DNA of 64,000 bases from an uncultured virus (IMG/VR IMGVR_UViG_3300034107_000607) (IMGVR_UViG_3300034107_000607); one strand, 5' to 3'. Shown: positions 19,391 through 30,134, numbered from the stretch's first letter. Notes: generated from the sequence alone by a model not told the origin. Translations and numbers: made by a program.

Positions 19391-21928
19391 TCAACCAAAA
19401 AAACTTTCAAGCGTGTCAACTTTTTTGGAAGTCCAACCCATTGCATGCAGCACGATTTCGAGAGGTTTCAAGAATACCTTATCGAATTGTGTGTCATAAT
19501 CCACATATCGGTCAATACCGAGTTCAGTTGGAAGATATCCAGGAAATGCAATCACATTTTCACGGACGGGGTTGGGAAGTTTCAAATAAACAAATTTTAC
19601 TTTATCACCTGATCTGATTGTTTCATATTTGTTATTTAGATCTTTATCGGAAAGATACTTATTGTAAAGTATCGCGCCTCGGACGTGAATTGGACAACCT
19701 TTTGTATACCAACCTTGCTTGTCCATGAATTTGCCGATATCATCGGTTCCAGATGTCTTAGCAACTTCTGCGGCGGGAAGTGATGAAAATTCACGACGGA
19801 AACCTTCAATAAAATCCTGTGCATCAGTTTCGGTTCCGTTCAAGAACACTTTGAATGCATCTTCCATTTTATTTCGGCAGACTTCTGGAGTAGAAGACCG
19901 AACAGATTCAACACCTGTAACTGCAATTTTTGGTTTTGCATAGTGAACGCCTTCAGAGTTTAAAACATTCATGATATAGCGCTTCTTGGCAATAAAGATA
20001 GTCTTGTCCGTAATCTTTTCACGTTTCATGGACATTGCATTACGGTATGCACCCATCATCCATGCAAGTTTTTCATAACCCTCTTGGATGGCAGGTTCTA
20101 GTTTTTCCTTTGAAACTGCATCAAGGAACTTTTCACCTTGTTCACGTGTAATCTTTGTAGTTCCAAATATCTTTTCAACAAGTGGGGCCATATTCACATA
20201 GTTAGAGTCAGTGTCAACATATGAGACGTAATCTTTATTATCAGTTTTCAAAACAGAATTTAAATAATCATTTATAGATTTCTGTGAATACCGAATTGAA
20301 AGTTGACCAGATGTTGTGATAGCCTCGGCCATTTCAGAGATATAGTATAGGAAGTAACGATTAGCGGTTGCACCATACAAGCTGTTCATAGCAATTTTAA
20401 TAGCCATTTGCGCATTATGTAATTGTGTTATTTGCTTCTTGTATTCTTTTTTCTTTACAGGATCACTTGTATCCTGTTCAAGCTGTTCAATACGAAGCAT
20501 TTCGGTTTTAATCTTTTTACGATTACTATAATATTCTTGAATGATTTCTGGAATGATGCCAAGTTTCTTATTGGTAAAACATACACCATTTGCACAGACC
20601 GAATAATCTGGATTTGCATTCCTATATTCATTATTTAGAACCATTTCCTGTGAAATATATTCACGTTGGTCCGGAATATAAGTTTCAGGTGACATGTTGT
20701 ATTGGAGCATCAGGTGAGGATACAGTGAGTTAAGGTCGAAAGATACGATCCATTCTTTCAGACCAGTGTCAGGGTCCTTTACATAACCACCAACAAGTTC
20801 ACCAAGTTTTTCACCTGGACCTGATTTAACGGGTGGGACCAAGTTTTTGGTCATTAGTTTACGATAAAGGATTGATTCCCAGATACCAACGGTTCCGAAT
20901 GCGTCGGAATAGTTGACACCACCACCATATGCAACAGTCAAAACAAGAGCAAGGAGTGCCGTTTCGTCTTCCATCAACTGGATAAGTTGAGTGTCGATTA
21001 GGTTATAGTCAAGGTAAAGTTGTGGGTTTTGATTGTATAGTTCGGTCAATGAACCATAGTGAGAGTAATCAAGTTTCTTTTTGCCGAGAACAACGTGTGC
21101 AATATGATCTAGTTTGTATGTCTCTTGTGTGCCATATTTGTAACCGAACTTCTTGAATGCATCCATATAGTCAATGATATTGACACCAGAGATATTGTAT
21201 GTTGATTGATTACGATTGAAGATTTCAGTTGTGACTTTTCGGATGTAGCCCCAGGGTGAAAGTTCTTTGGCCTTTTCCTCACCGAACAAACGGATGATCC
21301 GAGTGATGATGTAATAAATGTCGAAGTATTCCACGTTCCATCCGGTCACAATATCTGGAAAGTCATTTGTCCAGATTTGGATGAAGCGGTTCAGTAGAGC
21401 CTTTTCGGTATCAAATTCCATGAATTGGATATTGTCTGGGTCAATACCAGACAGTGTCTTGGTCTTGTCATAGCCTTTACGGCCAAGAAGATGATATGTA
21501 TCTGATTTAGATGATTTAATAGCAATAGAAGTGATTTCATTATCAGCAGTTTCCATGTCTGGAAGTTTTTTGGAAATATCAACTTCTATGTCAAACGAAA
21601 AGATATTGATCTGGTTCATGTCAAAGTCAATTTCACTCGGATATTTTTCCTGAATGAATTGTTGAACAAAGTTTGTATTACCATAAACCTGAAAGTTTGA
21701 TACCTCTTTATATCGTTCAACATAATCTTTTGCATCATTCATAGTATCAAACTGTTTTGGTTTTATAGAATGGTCTCCGACCAAAGATTTATATTTCGTG
21801 TCCTCTTTAGTTGGAATAAACAACGATGGTTCATATTTAATCTTACGAGAAAAGCGGCGGTTATTTTCATAGCCCCGCCATAAAATCATGTTACCGCTGC
21901 GTTCAACAGATGTATAGAATGAAGACAT
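19391..21928 (-). CDS. 43: DNA polymerase family B (gp43)
   Basis: FDIE, DLNSLYP, KIAMNSLYG, YVDTDS, KKRY. Confidence 0.98.
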   Translation of the reverse strand: MSSFYTSVERSGNMILWRGYENNRRFSRKIKYEPSLFIPTKEDTKYKSLVGDHSIKPKQFDTMNDAKDYVERYKEVSNFQVYGNTNFVQQFIQEKYPSEIDFDMNQINIFSFDIEVDISKKLPDMETADNEITSIAIKSSKSDTYHLLGRKGYDKTKTLSGIDPDNIQFMEFDTEKALLNRFIQIWTNDFPDIVTGWNVEYFDIYYIITRIIRLFGEEKAKELSPWGYIRKVTTEIFNRNQSTYNISGVNIIDYMDAFKKFGYKYGTQETYKLDHIAHVVLGKKKLDYSHYGSLTELYNQNPQLYLDYNLIDTQLIQLMEDETALLALVLTVAYGGGVNYSDAFGTVGIWESILYRKLMTKNLVPPVKSGPGEKLGELVGGYVKDPDTGLKEWIVSFDLNSLYPHLMLQYNMSPETYIPDQREYISQEMVLNNEYRNANPDYSVCANGVCFTNKKLGIIPEIIQEYYSNRKKIKTEMLRIEQLEQDTSDPVKKKEYKKQITQLHNAQMAIKIAMNSLYGATANRYFLYYISEMAEAITTSGQLSIRYSQKSINDYLNSVLKTDNKDYVSYVDTDSNYVNMAPLVEKIFGTTKITREQGEKFLDAVSKEKLEPAIQEGYEKLAWMMGAYRNAMSMKREKITDKTIFIAKKRYIMNVLNSEGVHYAKPKIAVTGVESVRSSTPEVCRNKMEDAFKVFLNGTETDAQDFIEGFRREFSSLPAAEVAKTSGTDDIGKFMDKQGWYTKGCPIHVRGAILYNKYLSDKDLNNKYETIRSGDKVKFVYLKLPNPVRENVIAFPGYLPTELGIDRYVDYDTQFDKVFLKPLEIVLHAMGWTSKKVDTLESFFG

Positions 21929-21990
21929 AAGTACCTCTTAATTATAATGTATTTGGTTTATCTTATCACAAGGTGATAAATTTGTCAACA

Positions 21991-23703
21991 TCAAGCTGCA
22001 ATTTGCGTGAAGTTTTTCACCTTTTCAAACCGAATGTGATCATCGAACTTTTCGGAGAATTGTTGACCTCTGTGTGAGATGATAAAGATGTTGTCATTTC
22101 CGTTCATCTTGTGGAGAATATCAATCAATGATTCAACACCATCAGCATCAGATGGGCCATCAAGTGTTTCATCCATGATAAGTAGATTTGTTGACACTGA
22201 GTTTCTTAGTTTGGCAATAGCTCTCCATGTAAACATGATGCTGAGTGAAATGCGCATTTTTTCACCTTCGGAGAATGAAGCAAAGGAGAATGCATCGCGA
22301 AACCGTGACTTGATAGTTTCATTAAAGTTTTCATCCAGGTTAAAATCAACAAAAAGTTCGAACTCTGATAGAAACTGATTAATCAATTTATTCATGATAG
22401 GAATATATGTTTTTATGATACTCGTCTTGATTCCACCATCTTTTAACATTGTTCCAACAATACCGAGAGTTTCACGGTTCTCGTATAGTTCCGTCTGTTC
22501 TTCTTGTTTCTTTTTCAGGTCATTCATAAACTCAAGTATCTTTGTTTGGTCAATTTCTTCTACTTCTCGTTCAGCACCTTCAAGTTCTTTCTTGAATGAT
22601 TTTAACTGATTGATCATAATCTTTACTTGAACCCGATGCCCATTTGCTGTATTGTGTTGTTTTTGAATTTTATCTTCAACATCGGAAATTTCAGACAAAC
22701 GAGTTTCAACAGTTTCTATACGAGTCTTTAGTTTGTCAATCCCACCAAGTAACTCTGTATTTTTATCTGATTTCTCCGATACAATATGTTCTTTGAATAG
22801 ATGTTCAATACCTTGTTTACAAGTTGGGCAATTATCGTGATTTGAATAAAATGAAATTTCATCAATGTGTGTTTTATACTTTGATGTTAGTTCATATAGA
22901 AGATTTTTAGCTTGTTCTAAAGTTTTCTTCTGTTTTGCTTTATCTGTAATCAATAATGATAGTTCAGTAATTTCAGTTTCCAGTGTTTCAATTACTTGTT
23001 TTTCAACCTCTATTGTATTCAGATTTTCTTCAATTTTACCTTTGATCTTTTCAACTTCTGTTTCTTTGATCCGTTGAATTTCCTCATTATGTTCTTTTGC
23101 AGATTCAATTTTGGTTTTCAAAAGATCAATAGAATAATTATTGTCCATGATATTTGTCTTATTATCGGCAATTTTCTCTTTCAATAGAATATTCATTGTG
23201 CTGAATACCTGGATATCCAAAAGATCCTCGATGATTTCTCTTCTCTGACCGGCTGGAAGTTCCATGAAAGGAACATATGTTGCGCTTCCAAGGATAACAA
23301 TTTGAGAGAATGACTTGAAACTCATCTTGATAATATTCTGTTCCAAATATTCTTGATAGTCTCTTGTTGCTGCATCTTTATTTACAAGATCATTATTTTT
23401 CCAAATTTCAAATATATTTGGTTTCATTCCGCGTCTGATTAGATACTTATCTGCTGCAATGGAAAATTCAAGTTCAACAAGTAACTCTTTTTGATTAATA
23501 CTATTGACTAATTGTGGCTTGTTAATTTTTCTAAATGGCCTTCCATAGAGGGCAAAAACAACAGCTTCGATGAAAGTTGACTTTGAGGTTCCATTTGCAC
23601 CACTAATGAGAGTTGTTTTAGATCTAACCAAATCAATTTCTATGAATTGATTTCCGACAGACATAATATTTTTATATCTAACTTTATTGAATTGTATGTG
23701 CAT
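21991..23703 (-). CDS. 46: Recombination ATPase (Rad50-like gp46)
   Basis: GANGTSKST, CPTC zinc hook, FSEGEK, DE Walker B. Confidence 0.97.
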   Translation of the reverse strand: MHIQFNKVRYKNIMSVGNQFIEIDLVRSKTTLISGANGTSKSTFIEAVVFALYGRPFRKINKPQLVNSINQKELLVELEFSIAADKYLIRRGMKPNIFEIWKNNDLVNKDAATRDYQEYLEQNIIKMSFKSFSQIVILGSATYVPFMELPAGQRREIIEDLLDIQVFSTMNILLKEKIADNKTNIMDNNYSIDLLKTKIESAKEHNEEIQRIKETEVEKIKGKIEENLNTIEVEKQVIETLETEITELSLLITDKAKQKKTLEQAKNLLYELTSKYKTHIDEISFYSNHDNCPTCKQGIEHLFKEHIVSEKSDKNTELLGGIDKLKTRIETVETRLSEISDVEDKIQKQHNTANGHRVQVKIMINQLKSFKKELEGAEREVEEIDQTKILEFMNDLKKKQEEQTELYENRETLGIVGTMLKDGGIKTSIIKTYIPIMNKLINQFLSEFELFVDFNLDENFNETIKSRFRDAFSFASFSEGEKMRISLSIMFTWRAIAKLRNSVSTNLLIMDETLDGPSDADGVESLIDILHKMNGNDNIFIISHRGQQFSEKFDDHIRFEKVKNFTQIAA

Positions 23704-23766
23704 TAAGTCCTCACTGCGCTATATTTGCATTATTAATGCAAAAAGAATGAATAGTTGATTTTAATT

Positions 23767-24828
23767 TCAAATATTCATTGCTTCTAAGTATAATTGATCA
23801 ACAACGGTTTTAATCTTAACTTTATTGATATTTGTTTCAACTGAGTCAATATATGAATGTAATATATCCTTCGTGTCTTTTGCTTCTTCTAACATTTCGG
23901 CAACACCGATTCCAGATAAATTCAATCCATCTTCTACTGTTTTAATATCAGCAGCACCACATTCATTTAATCTATTTAGGAATAAATCATATAGATATGG
24001 ATTTGTTCTATTCTTTACGATAACTTTGACATAACAGTTTTTTAGTATTGATGTATCAAGAGCTGCAATATCATCAATCGCTAGATCAACATCATCATAG
24101 TCTAACTTATGATATATTCTATCATCATTTTCGACAAATGTCAACTCTCTTGTTTCAGTATCAATGACATGGAACCCTTTTTTACAACCATAGTCAGACC
24201 AGTTCATTTCATATTGAGCACCAAGATACTTGACGTTGCCGTATTCAGACTGGTGATGATAGTGACCAGAATAAACAGCTTCAAAATTCGAAAACTCTTT
24301 ATGGTCAAATCCGTGGTCACTGACAATTCCTTTCATCAATTCAAAACCTTTTAAATCGAGATGACCGCAAAGAATGTGTGCCTTTGATTCCTTCAGGATT
24401 TTCATATTAGTCTCTGTATTCTCTTTGGTCAACCAAGGACACATTGCAAATTTTGTTGAACCAAAATCTAGATGAACCACAGTATCTTCATATATATGAA
24501 TGTTATCATATTCTTTTAGTAGAAGTACATTTGAATTAACTTCATTTGTTGTTGTAAAGAATGTATCATGATTTCCAAGAATTGTGTGCATTTCAATATT
24601 GCGGCGCTTTAATTCATCAAAAAAGAACTCTCTTGATTTCTTGAGAGTATAAAAGTTAATGTACTTTCTTCGGTCAAAAATATCACCAAGATGTAATACA
24701 GTATCAATACCATATTCTTTTAAATACGGAAAAAACAAATTACCAAAGAACTTAGCTTGGTGTTCTAGAAATATCTTACTATCAGATCTTATTCCAAAGT
24801 GTGAATCGCATAATATAGCTATCTTCAT
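23767..24828 (-). CDS. 47: Recombination nuclease (Mre11-like gp47)
   Basis: DSHFG, LGDIFDRR, GNHD, SGHYH. Confidence 0.97.
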   Translation of the reverse strand: MKIAILCDSHFGIRSDSKIFLEHQAKFFGNLFFPYLKEYGIDTVLHLGDIFDRRKYINFYTLKKSREFFFDELKRRNIEMHTILGNHDTFFTTTNEVNSNVLLLKEYDNIHIYEDTVVHLDFGSTKFAMCPWLTKENTETNMKILKESKAHILCGHLDLKGFELMKGIVSDHGFDHKEFSNFEAVYSGHYHHQSEYGNVKYLGAQYEMNWSDYGCKKGFHVIDTETRELTFVENDDRIYHKLDYDDVDLAIDDIAALDTSILKNCYVKVIVKNRTNPYLYDLFLNRLNECGAADIKTVEDGLNLSGIGVAEMLEEAKDTKDILHSYIDSVETNINKVKIKTVVDQLYLEAMNI

Positions 24829-24983
24829 TTATGTCCACTCTTTTCCTTTTCATACTTTGCAATTGCACTTCCGACTTCGTCTCTAATTTTAAGAAGTGTG
24901 GCATAATAAAATTGTCGTCTTTCTATATGTGTATTCTTATTGGTTAAATTCTTTATATAATCTTCAATTATTGTCGGTAACAT
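24825..24983 (-). CDS. Small hypothetical protein (52 aa)
   Basis: Manual ORF MLPTIIEDYIKNL...EKSGHK filling the gap between gp55 and gp47. Confidence 0.5.
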   Translation of the reverse strand: MLPTIIEDYIKNLTNKNTHIERRQFYYATLLKIRDEVGSAIAKYEKEKSGHK

Positions 24984-25506
24984 CTTTTGCCTCGTCTATT
25001 TCTTTTTGTTTTTTACCTTTATTTAATTTAATTTCATAATCTTCAATAAAGTTATTGATATAATCGGCGCTTGTATTTAAATGTAGTGCAAGTTCCGATC
25101 CGCCTTCATATGTTTCACCCATTGAAATCATCGACTGCGATGATTTATATCTGATGTACATCTGTTTCTTCTCTTTAGCAATTCGTCTTAGAAATGCATA
25201 CCAAATAATTTGAGTGAAATATGCAAAAGGATTTTCAGTCTTTTCGGGATTGAAGTTATGCATATATTGCAAACAATTTTCAATACCGTCCATAATCATA
25301 TCTTCTTTAAAAGAATATCCTGAGAAGTTTGGTTTTGTGGATAACCTTGTTGCAATCTGAAAAATTGATTCGCCGATATATCTAGGAACCATAGGTTTCT
25401 CATCACCCGAATCTTCAGCATCACGACAATCTTTTTGATACTGAATGAGTGCTTGGTAAAGATCCTTGTTATTAATATAATTCTTTTTAACTCTTTTCTG
25501 TATCAT
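24964..25506 (-). CDS. 55: Late-transcription sigma factor (gp55)
   Basis: NYINNKDL, PNFSGYS, NFNPEK, NPFAYFTQI. Confidence 0.97.
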   Translation of the reverse strand: MIQKRVKKNYINNKDLYQALIQYQKDCRDAEDSGDEKPMVPRYIGESIFQIATRLSTKPNFSGYSFKEDMIMDGIENCLQYMHNFNPEKTENPFAYFTQIIWYAFLRRIAKEKKQMYIRYKSSQSMISMGETYEGGSELALHLNTSADYINNFIEDYEIKLNKGKKQKEIDEAKDVTDNN

Positions 25507-25587
25507 AATACATTCCTTCTGGTTTTTTATTTTATAATATATCAAGTTATTCATTTGTCAACTAAAATTAAAGAACCATCTTTTGTG

Positions 25588-25632
25588 TTGACAAATTCAC
25601 GACACATGGTATAATTGGATTATCATCCATAA
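25588..25632 (+). promoter_or_regulatory. Sigma70-type promoter plus hairpin, antisense to uvsW
   Basis: TTGACA-N16-TATAAT then TGGAT-TATC-ATCCA; 26 bp identical to 53979-54004 (-). Confidence 0.65.
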
Positions 25633-25653
25633 AGATAAAGGTGAAACCTAAAT

Positions 25654-27159
25654 CTATAAATCTATATTATATATCTTGAATGGGAATTGTTCCGCGGCAT
25701 AGATTTCAATTCGGCGGCGGAAGTGTTGGAGAGTATAATTCGTAAATGAACCTACTGTCAAGTCGTCTGTAATATCATAGAGGATTGCTTTATCTGAGCC
25801 ATTACCTTTGCGTAGTGTTCTACCAATTGACTGAAGAACTTTAATCTCTGCTTTGTATGCAGATGCAAAGACAGCATTGTCTATTCTTTTTATAGAAACA
25901 CCTGTAGAGAAAACTCCGTACGAAGCTAGTATGTCATGTCTCTTCAATGGATCATTCTCAATCAAATGACGAATTCGTTCACGTTCTTCACCAGGTGTAT
26001 TACCATAGATAAAATGTAGGATTCGTCCTTCTTTGCGTAGCAAAGGTTCTAAGATTTTACCATGTTTCTCAACCCAATCAAAAAGTATCAGGTTATTCTG
26101 ATTGTCGAGGGAATGAACCAACTTCTGTATGTAATTGTTTCGTTTCTCATTTGCAAAAAGATATTCTTTTTCAAAAGCATATACCATGTTCTTTTTGGTA
26201 GGATTTTTCTTCTTCATGTCTTTGAGAGTTCTTACAAATGTATCTTTAGACTCTTTATCGTGTTGGAGAACAAGTGCTTTCACCTTGAAGTCCGCAACAG
26301 TACCTTCATCCATAAGCTGTTTCGTGGTAACAAAGCGTTTGATTGGACCAAACACACCTTCAAGTATCAGTCTATGAACTTTTGACTCTGACGAAATTGT
26401 ACCTGTAAACCCATGGCGATAAGGTGCATCTGTTAGTTTTTCCATAATTGTTGTCAATGATTTTGCTTGGAACAAGTGTGCTTCGTCTCCAAGCACAACA
26501 CGGAATTGGTCGAACCATTCTTTTGGTTGACGAATGAGTGATTGCCATGTTGAAACTACTATCGGAGCTGAAGTTGTCTTATCAACACCACCCTGAATTT
26601 TGTAAATCTGCTTTGGGTCACAACCATAATCAATAAAGTCGCCGGCCATTTGGTGAACAAGAGAAATTGTCGGAACAATAATCAATGTGCGATGATTAAA
26701 TGCTCTCCAATAGTGCTGCTGAATTAGATAAATGATAAATGATTTACCAGATGATGTTGGAGACAATGAAAGTGATCTTCTATTCCGAAGAGCATTGAGA
26801 ACATATTGAATTTGATAATCACGCGGCTTTAATTTTGCACCAATCTCTTCGGCAAGTTCTTCAACATAGTTATCTGGAATATCAGTTTCAGGTTCCATTG
26901 AATCTGGAATAACTATTTCATATTCACGATCCTCACAGAATTTCTTGATGTAGTCAACAAGACCAGCATATAGAAGTGGCCGCATTGGATTATACAAGCG
27001 AAAAAATCCATCCCAAACTCGGTTTTTATATGCTGGCGTAAATTGATAACCAGGTGGTCTAAATGAGAAATACTGGGATAGTTCTTGACGAATACCAGGA
27101 TCACCTATGACCTTCATATGTACATCGTTAAAGTACTCAATAGTTACTACGTCTGCCAT
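25654..27159 (-). CDS. uvsW: RNA-DNA helicase UvsW
   Basis: SPTSSGKS, DEAH, TGT, QSIGR. Confidence 0.96.
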   Translation of the reverse strand: MADVVTIEYFNDVHMKVIGDPGIRQELSQYFSFRPPGYQFTPAYKNRVWDGFFRLYNPMRPLLYAGLVDYIKKFCEDREYEIVIPDSMEPETDIPDNYVEELAEEIGAKLKPRDYQIQYVLNALRNRRSLSLSPTSSGKSFIIYLIQQHYWRAFNHRTLIIVPTISLVHQMAGDFIDYGCDPKQIYKIQGGVDKTTSAPIVVSTWQSLIRQPKEWFDQFRVVLGDEAHLFQAKSLTTIMEKLTDAPYRHGFTGTISSESKVHRLILEGVFGPIKRFVTTKQLMDEGTVADFKVKALVLQHDKESKDTFVRTLKDMKKKNPTKKNMVYAFEKEYLFANEKRNNYIQKLVHSLDNQNNLILFDWVEKHGKILEPLLRKEGRILHFIYGNTPGEERERIRHLIENDPLKRHDILASYGVFSTGVSIKRIDNAVFASAYKAEIKVLQSIGRTLRKGNGSDKAILYDITDDLTVGSFTNYTLQHFRRRIEIYAAEQFPFKIYNIDL

Positions 27160-27165
27160 AATATA

Positions 27166-27615
27166 TTAATATCCCCCAGCCTGGAAGCGGGCCCAGTCGA
27201 TAGCTGCTCTAATCATAAAGTTTCTATTGTTGATTTGTTTGACAATGTCCTCAAGATAATTTGCTAATTGCAAATGATAGTCAATCTTGAGACTCAAGTT
27301 AATGACATCTTGGTCACTCTCAATATATTTATTTACATCAGCTCTTAAAATTTTGAGAGAATTTGGTCGCCAGCCACGGGTTTTCATGTCTTCTTCAGCC
27401 ATTGTTCCGGTGTACCATTCATATTTGGCATGTTCTAGTTGAGTTAAATCGGCTCTATATTTTTTGAATCTCAGAGATTCTTTACTATATAATGTGTAAT
27501 ATTTGTTATGTAACTGCGGTATTTTAAGAGCTTCATGACCTAATACAACTTCATCAATCTTTGCATCCTTAGCCCACATTTCATTTAATTCTTCCAGTGT
27601 CATTGAAGTCTCCAT
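27166..27615 (-). CDS. uvsY: Recombination mediator UvsY
   Basis: IPQLHNKY, INNRNFMIRAAIDWARFQAG. Confidence 0.93.
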   Translation of the reverse strand: METSMTLEELNEMWAKDAKIDEVVLGHEALKIPQLHNKYYTLYSKESLRFKKYRADLTQLEHAKYEWYTGTMAEEDMKTRGWRPNSLKILRADVNKYIESDQDVINLSLKIDYHLQLANYLEDIVKQINNRNFMIRAAIDWARFQAGGY

Positions 27616-27667
27616 ACTATAAATCTATTTTATATATTATATAATCTTTTTAATAAAAGTCAACTAC

Positions 27668-28153
27668 TTAAAGCTGTTCTATTTCATAATAATCGTATTG
27701 AAATGTTACAGTTGCCTCTGGATAGACTAGGTCCGAGGATGTAGTATCAAGATTTATTTCTGAAAGACTTATTGGAAAGCAATTTCTATATGTAATATTA
27801 ATAGAAGGATTTTTACTGCTGTTTAATACCAATACTGAAATATCAGAAAATCTACCTTCTTTGCTTTCATTTATTGTTTTAAATTGGTCAAAATTTTGCG
27901 GAAATGTAACACCTTTAATCCAGTTATAAATCTCAAGATAATTATTCATTTTCTCATCTATTATAAATGAAAAGTTAAAATTATCATAAGTCAATTTATC
28001 TGGAGTTTCAAATATATTGTTAAATGGTGTTGGATTAACAATTGGTGCTGCAGATACACCAGGTATCTGTGTTCTCTGTGTAAAGAACTCGGTGTTCGGT
28101 AATCTCTTGACGGACACGATAAATTCTAGTGGGGAAAAATAATTAGTTATCAT
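27668..28153 (-). CDS. 3: Tail completion/sheath stabilizer (gp3)
   Basis: NYFSP, IDEKMNNYLEIYNW, FPISLS; late promoter TATAAATA at 28194-28201 (-). Confidence 0.88.
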   Translation of the reverse strand: MITNYFSPLEFIVSVKRLPNTEFFTQRTQIPGVSAAPIVNPTPFNNIFETPDKLTYDNFNFSFIIDEKMNNYLEIYNWIKGVTFPQNFDQFKTINESKEGRFSDISVLVLNSSKNPSINITYRNCFPISLSEINLDTTSSDLVYPEATVTFQYDYYEIEQL

Positions 28154-28344
28154 TTCATTTCCGTTGACATATGTGAAGAATCGGTATACTATCTATTTAT
28201 AAGGTAGAAAAGGAATCATCTAATGATGTATCTTGTGGAGTGCAAACCTCGGTATGCAGATGGCGATTGGACAGGTGTCAGAGCCTTTTCTGATTATGCA
28301 GAAGCAGAAAAGTATATGTGGCAACAGTCGTTTGAATATCATCA

Positions 28345-28710
28345 ATGGAGAATTTTGTAATGACCTATAATCTTTTCATTGATGATGAACGAGTTCCCAT
28401 GGATGTAAAATGGGGACCTTGGGAAGATCAAGCACTTTATCGTGACGGTGACTGGACTATTGCTCGAAACTGGCTTGATGTTCTTGAACTTGTAGTCACA
28501 TTTGGTTTTCCACAAATGATCAGCTTTGACCATGACCTTGGTGACGGCGAAAAGACTGGTTATGAGATTGCACGAAAACTTTGTGATATGATTATGGATG
28601 GTCTTCAGTTACCAGATGATTTTGAGTTCAAGGTTCATTCCAAGAACCCAGTCGGTGCTGAAAATATTCGGGTATACATGAATAACTTTCTGAAACACTA
28701 CGGAGAATAA
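28345..28710 (+). CDS. Cyclic-phosphate-processing receiver-like domain protein
   Basis: LFIDDER, ISFDHDLG, TGY, HSKNPVG. Confidence 0.7.
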   Translation: MENFVMTYNLFIDDERVPMDVKWGPWEDQALYRDGDWTIARNWLDVLELVVTFGFPQMISFDHDLGDGEKTGYEIARKLCDMIMDGLQLPDDFEFKVHSKNPVGAENIRVYMNNFLKHYGE

Positions 28711-28712
28711 AA

Positions 28713-28910
28713 ATGAAACTTGTATCGCACGAAGAAGCTAAAGAACTTATGACTGAAACTCGTGAATGGTCATCGAACCACACTATGTTTTCATCCTCAC
28801 GTGGAGGTTCTGCCTTGGCTGCAGCCGAATTTTTCCTGAATCGTCAAGGTAAGACTCTATATCCATATATTGCAGCAAAATCGGAGACACGAGATGAAAA
28901 TAGAACCTAA
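28713..28910 (+). CDS. Hypothetical protein
   Basis: ORF with RBS, in operon. Confidence 0.6.
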   Translation: MKLVSHEEAKELMTETREWSSNHTMFSSSRGGSALAAAEFFLNRQGKTLYPYIAAKSETRDENRT

Positions 28911-29201
28911 ATGGGAATCAGTTGTAGATATAATAGTTTGCTCACATTGTCAGGGCAAAGGTATATCTGAAAAAAGTGAAATAACTGATTATCATCGAGA
29001 TGATTATACTTATTGGAATGAATTTTGCGGCCAATGTAATGGGAAGGTCGTTTAATTAAGACTAAATATTCTTTTAGGATTGAGTTTAAGACACCAGATT
29101 CTAAATATGATTGGCCAAATGATCATAAAGATCATAGTCATGAAGTAATTACTAAACTAGATGGACGCAAAACCTCAGATATTTATAGGATTCGTGAATG
29201 A
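28894..29201 (+). pseudogene. CxxCxGxG zinc-finger protein with apparent frameshift near 29043
   Basis: CGQCNG continues as EGRLIKTK... in the -1 frame to TGA 29201. Confidence 0.5.
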
Positions 29202-29467
29202 TGAACAAAAATTTAATTACAAAACTTGCCAAAGAGGCAGGAATGGTCCAAGGACCTTGGGCAAATGGAAACAAAGAGCGCATCTGGCAAGAGAATCGAG
29301 AGTTTTCAGATGCCCTCGAAGTATTTGCAAGTTTGATTGCAAAGGAATGTGTTTCAGTAGTTTCTGAGAGACACAAAATTGCACTTGAGAATAATTGGGA
29401 TGTTGATGATACATGTAACGACGTTAAAGAAAAAATTACAAATAAATTTGAGGTAAATCCACAATGA
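29198..29467 (+). CDS. Hypothetical protein
   Basis: LEVFASLIAKEC motif; overlapping operon. Confidence 0.65.
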   Translation: MMNKNLITKLAKEAGMVQGPWANGNKERIWQENREFSDALEVFASLIAKECVSVVSERHKIALENNWDVDDTCNDVKEKITNKFEVNPQ

Positions 29468-29832
29468 TAACTGAAATAGAATTAAGTGGTATCAAATATC
29501 CAATTATATCTCACGAGAATTTATCTGATGGTTTGAAAATCTATACATTTTCAGTAGTAGTTGACGGTAAAACAGTTCATCTTAGAGTAAAATATACTTC
29601 CGAAAGTCTTGATAGTCCACCAATATTTGGAATTAGTGCAGAAGAAGAACTACGGAATATTATGTATCTTGAACTTAAAGCTGAATTGTTTGCTATAGTA
29701 TATAATACGTCATTTAAAAAGCAATGTGAAATAGCATCAGAATGCGAGAATGTTGAAGAACTTCTTGCTGTATCCACGCACGATACTGTATTTGCAGCAT
29801 GGTTGGCAAATTTTGGCAGTCACTCATCATAA
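29464..29832 (+). CDS. Hypothetical protein
   Basis: ORF track. Confidence 0.55.
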   Translation: MITEIELSGIKYPIISHENLSDGLKIYTFSVVVDGKTVHLRVKYTSESLDSPPIFGISAEEELRNIMYLELKAELFAIVYNTSFKKQCEIASECENVEELLAVSTHDTVFAAWLANFGSHSS

Positions 29833-29835
29833 CGG

Positions 29836-29877
29836 TTGACAAATGTTTTCAAATAGTTTATACTGATTCTATAAGGT
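29836..29877 (+). promoter_or_regulatory. Early promoter class 1 (TTGACA-N17-TATACTGATTCTAT), first of 12 copies
   Basis: -35 hexamers at 29836, 31768, 33921, 42540, 45611, 49487, 54057, 54612, 56016, 60960, 62201, 63072, each upstream of an RBS and ORF. Confidence 0.9.
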
Positions 29878-29894
29878 GATAAAGGAACCGAAAC

Positions 29895-30134
29895 ATGATG
29901 ACCTTCGAAACTCTTGATGAAACCACTGCTGTAGCGACAAATTCTCTCAGAGAAGTACGAATTGTCCGAGGTGTTGCACCCGCTCAATATGACCGTAATA
30001 CGTGGATGGTTTACACACCCGAAGGTCGACTCGATGATAAGTTTACGAGTGCAGGACCTTTTGTCTCTTTCGATGCTGCTCGTAGGAATGCTGAATGGTC
30101 TGTCGGATTTCGTCAATTTCGGGGTGAATGCTAA
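29895..30134 (+). CDS. Hypothetical protein
   Basis: First ORF after promoter, AAGGA RBS. Confidence 0.7.
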   Translation: MMTFETLDETTAVATNSLREVRIVRGVAPAQYDRNTWMVYTPEGRLDDKFTSAGPFVSFDAARRNAEWSVGFRQFRGEC

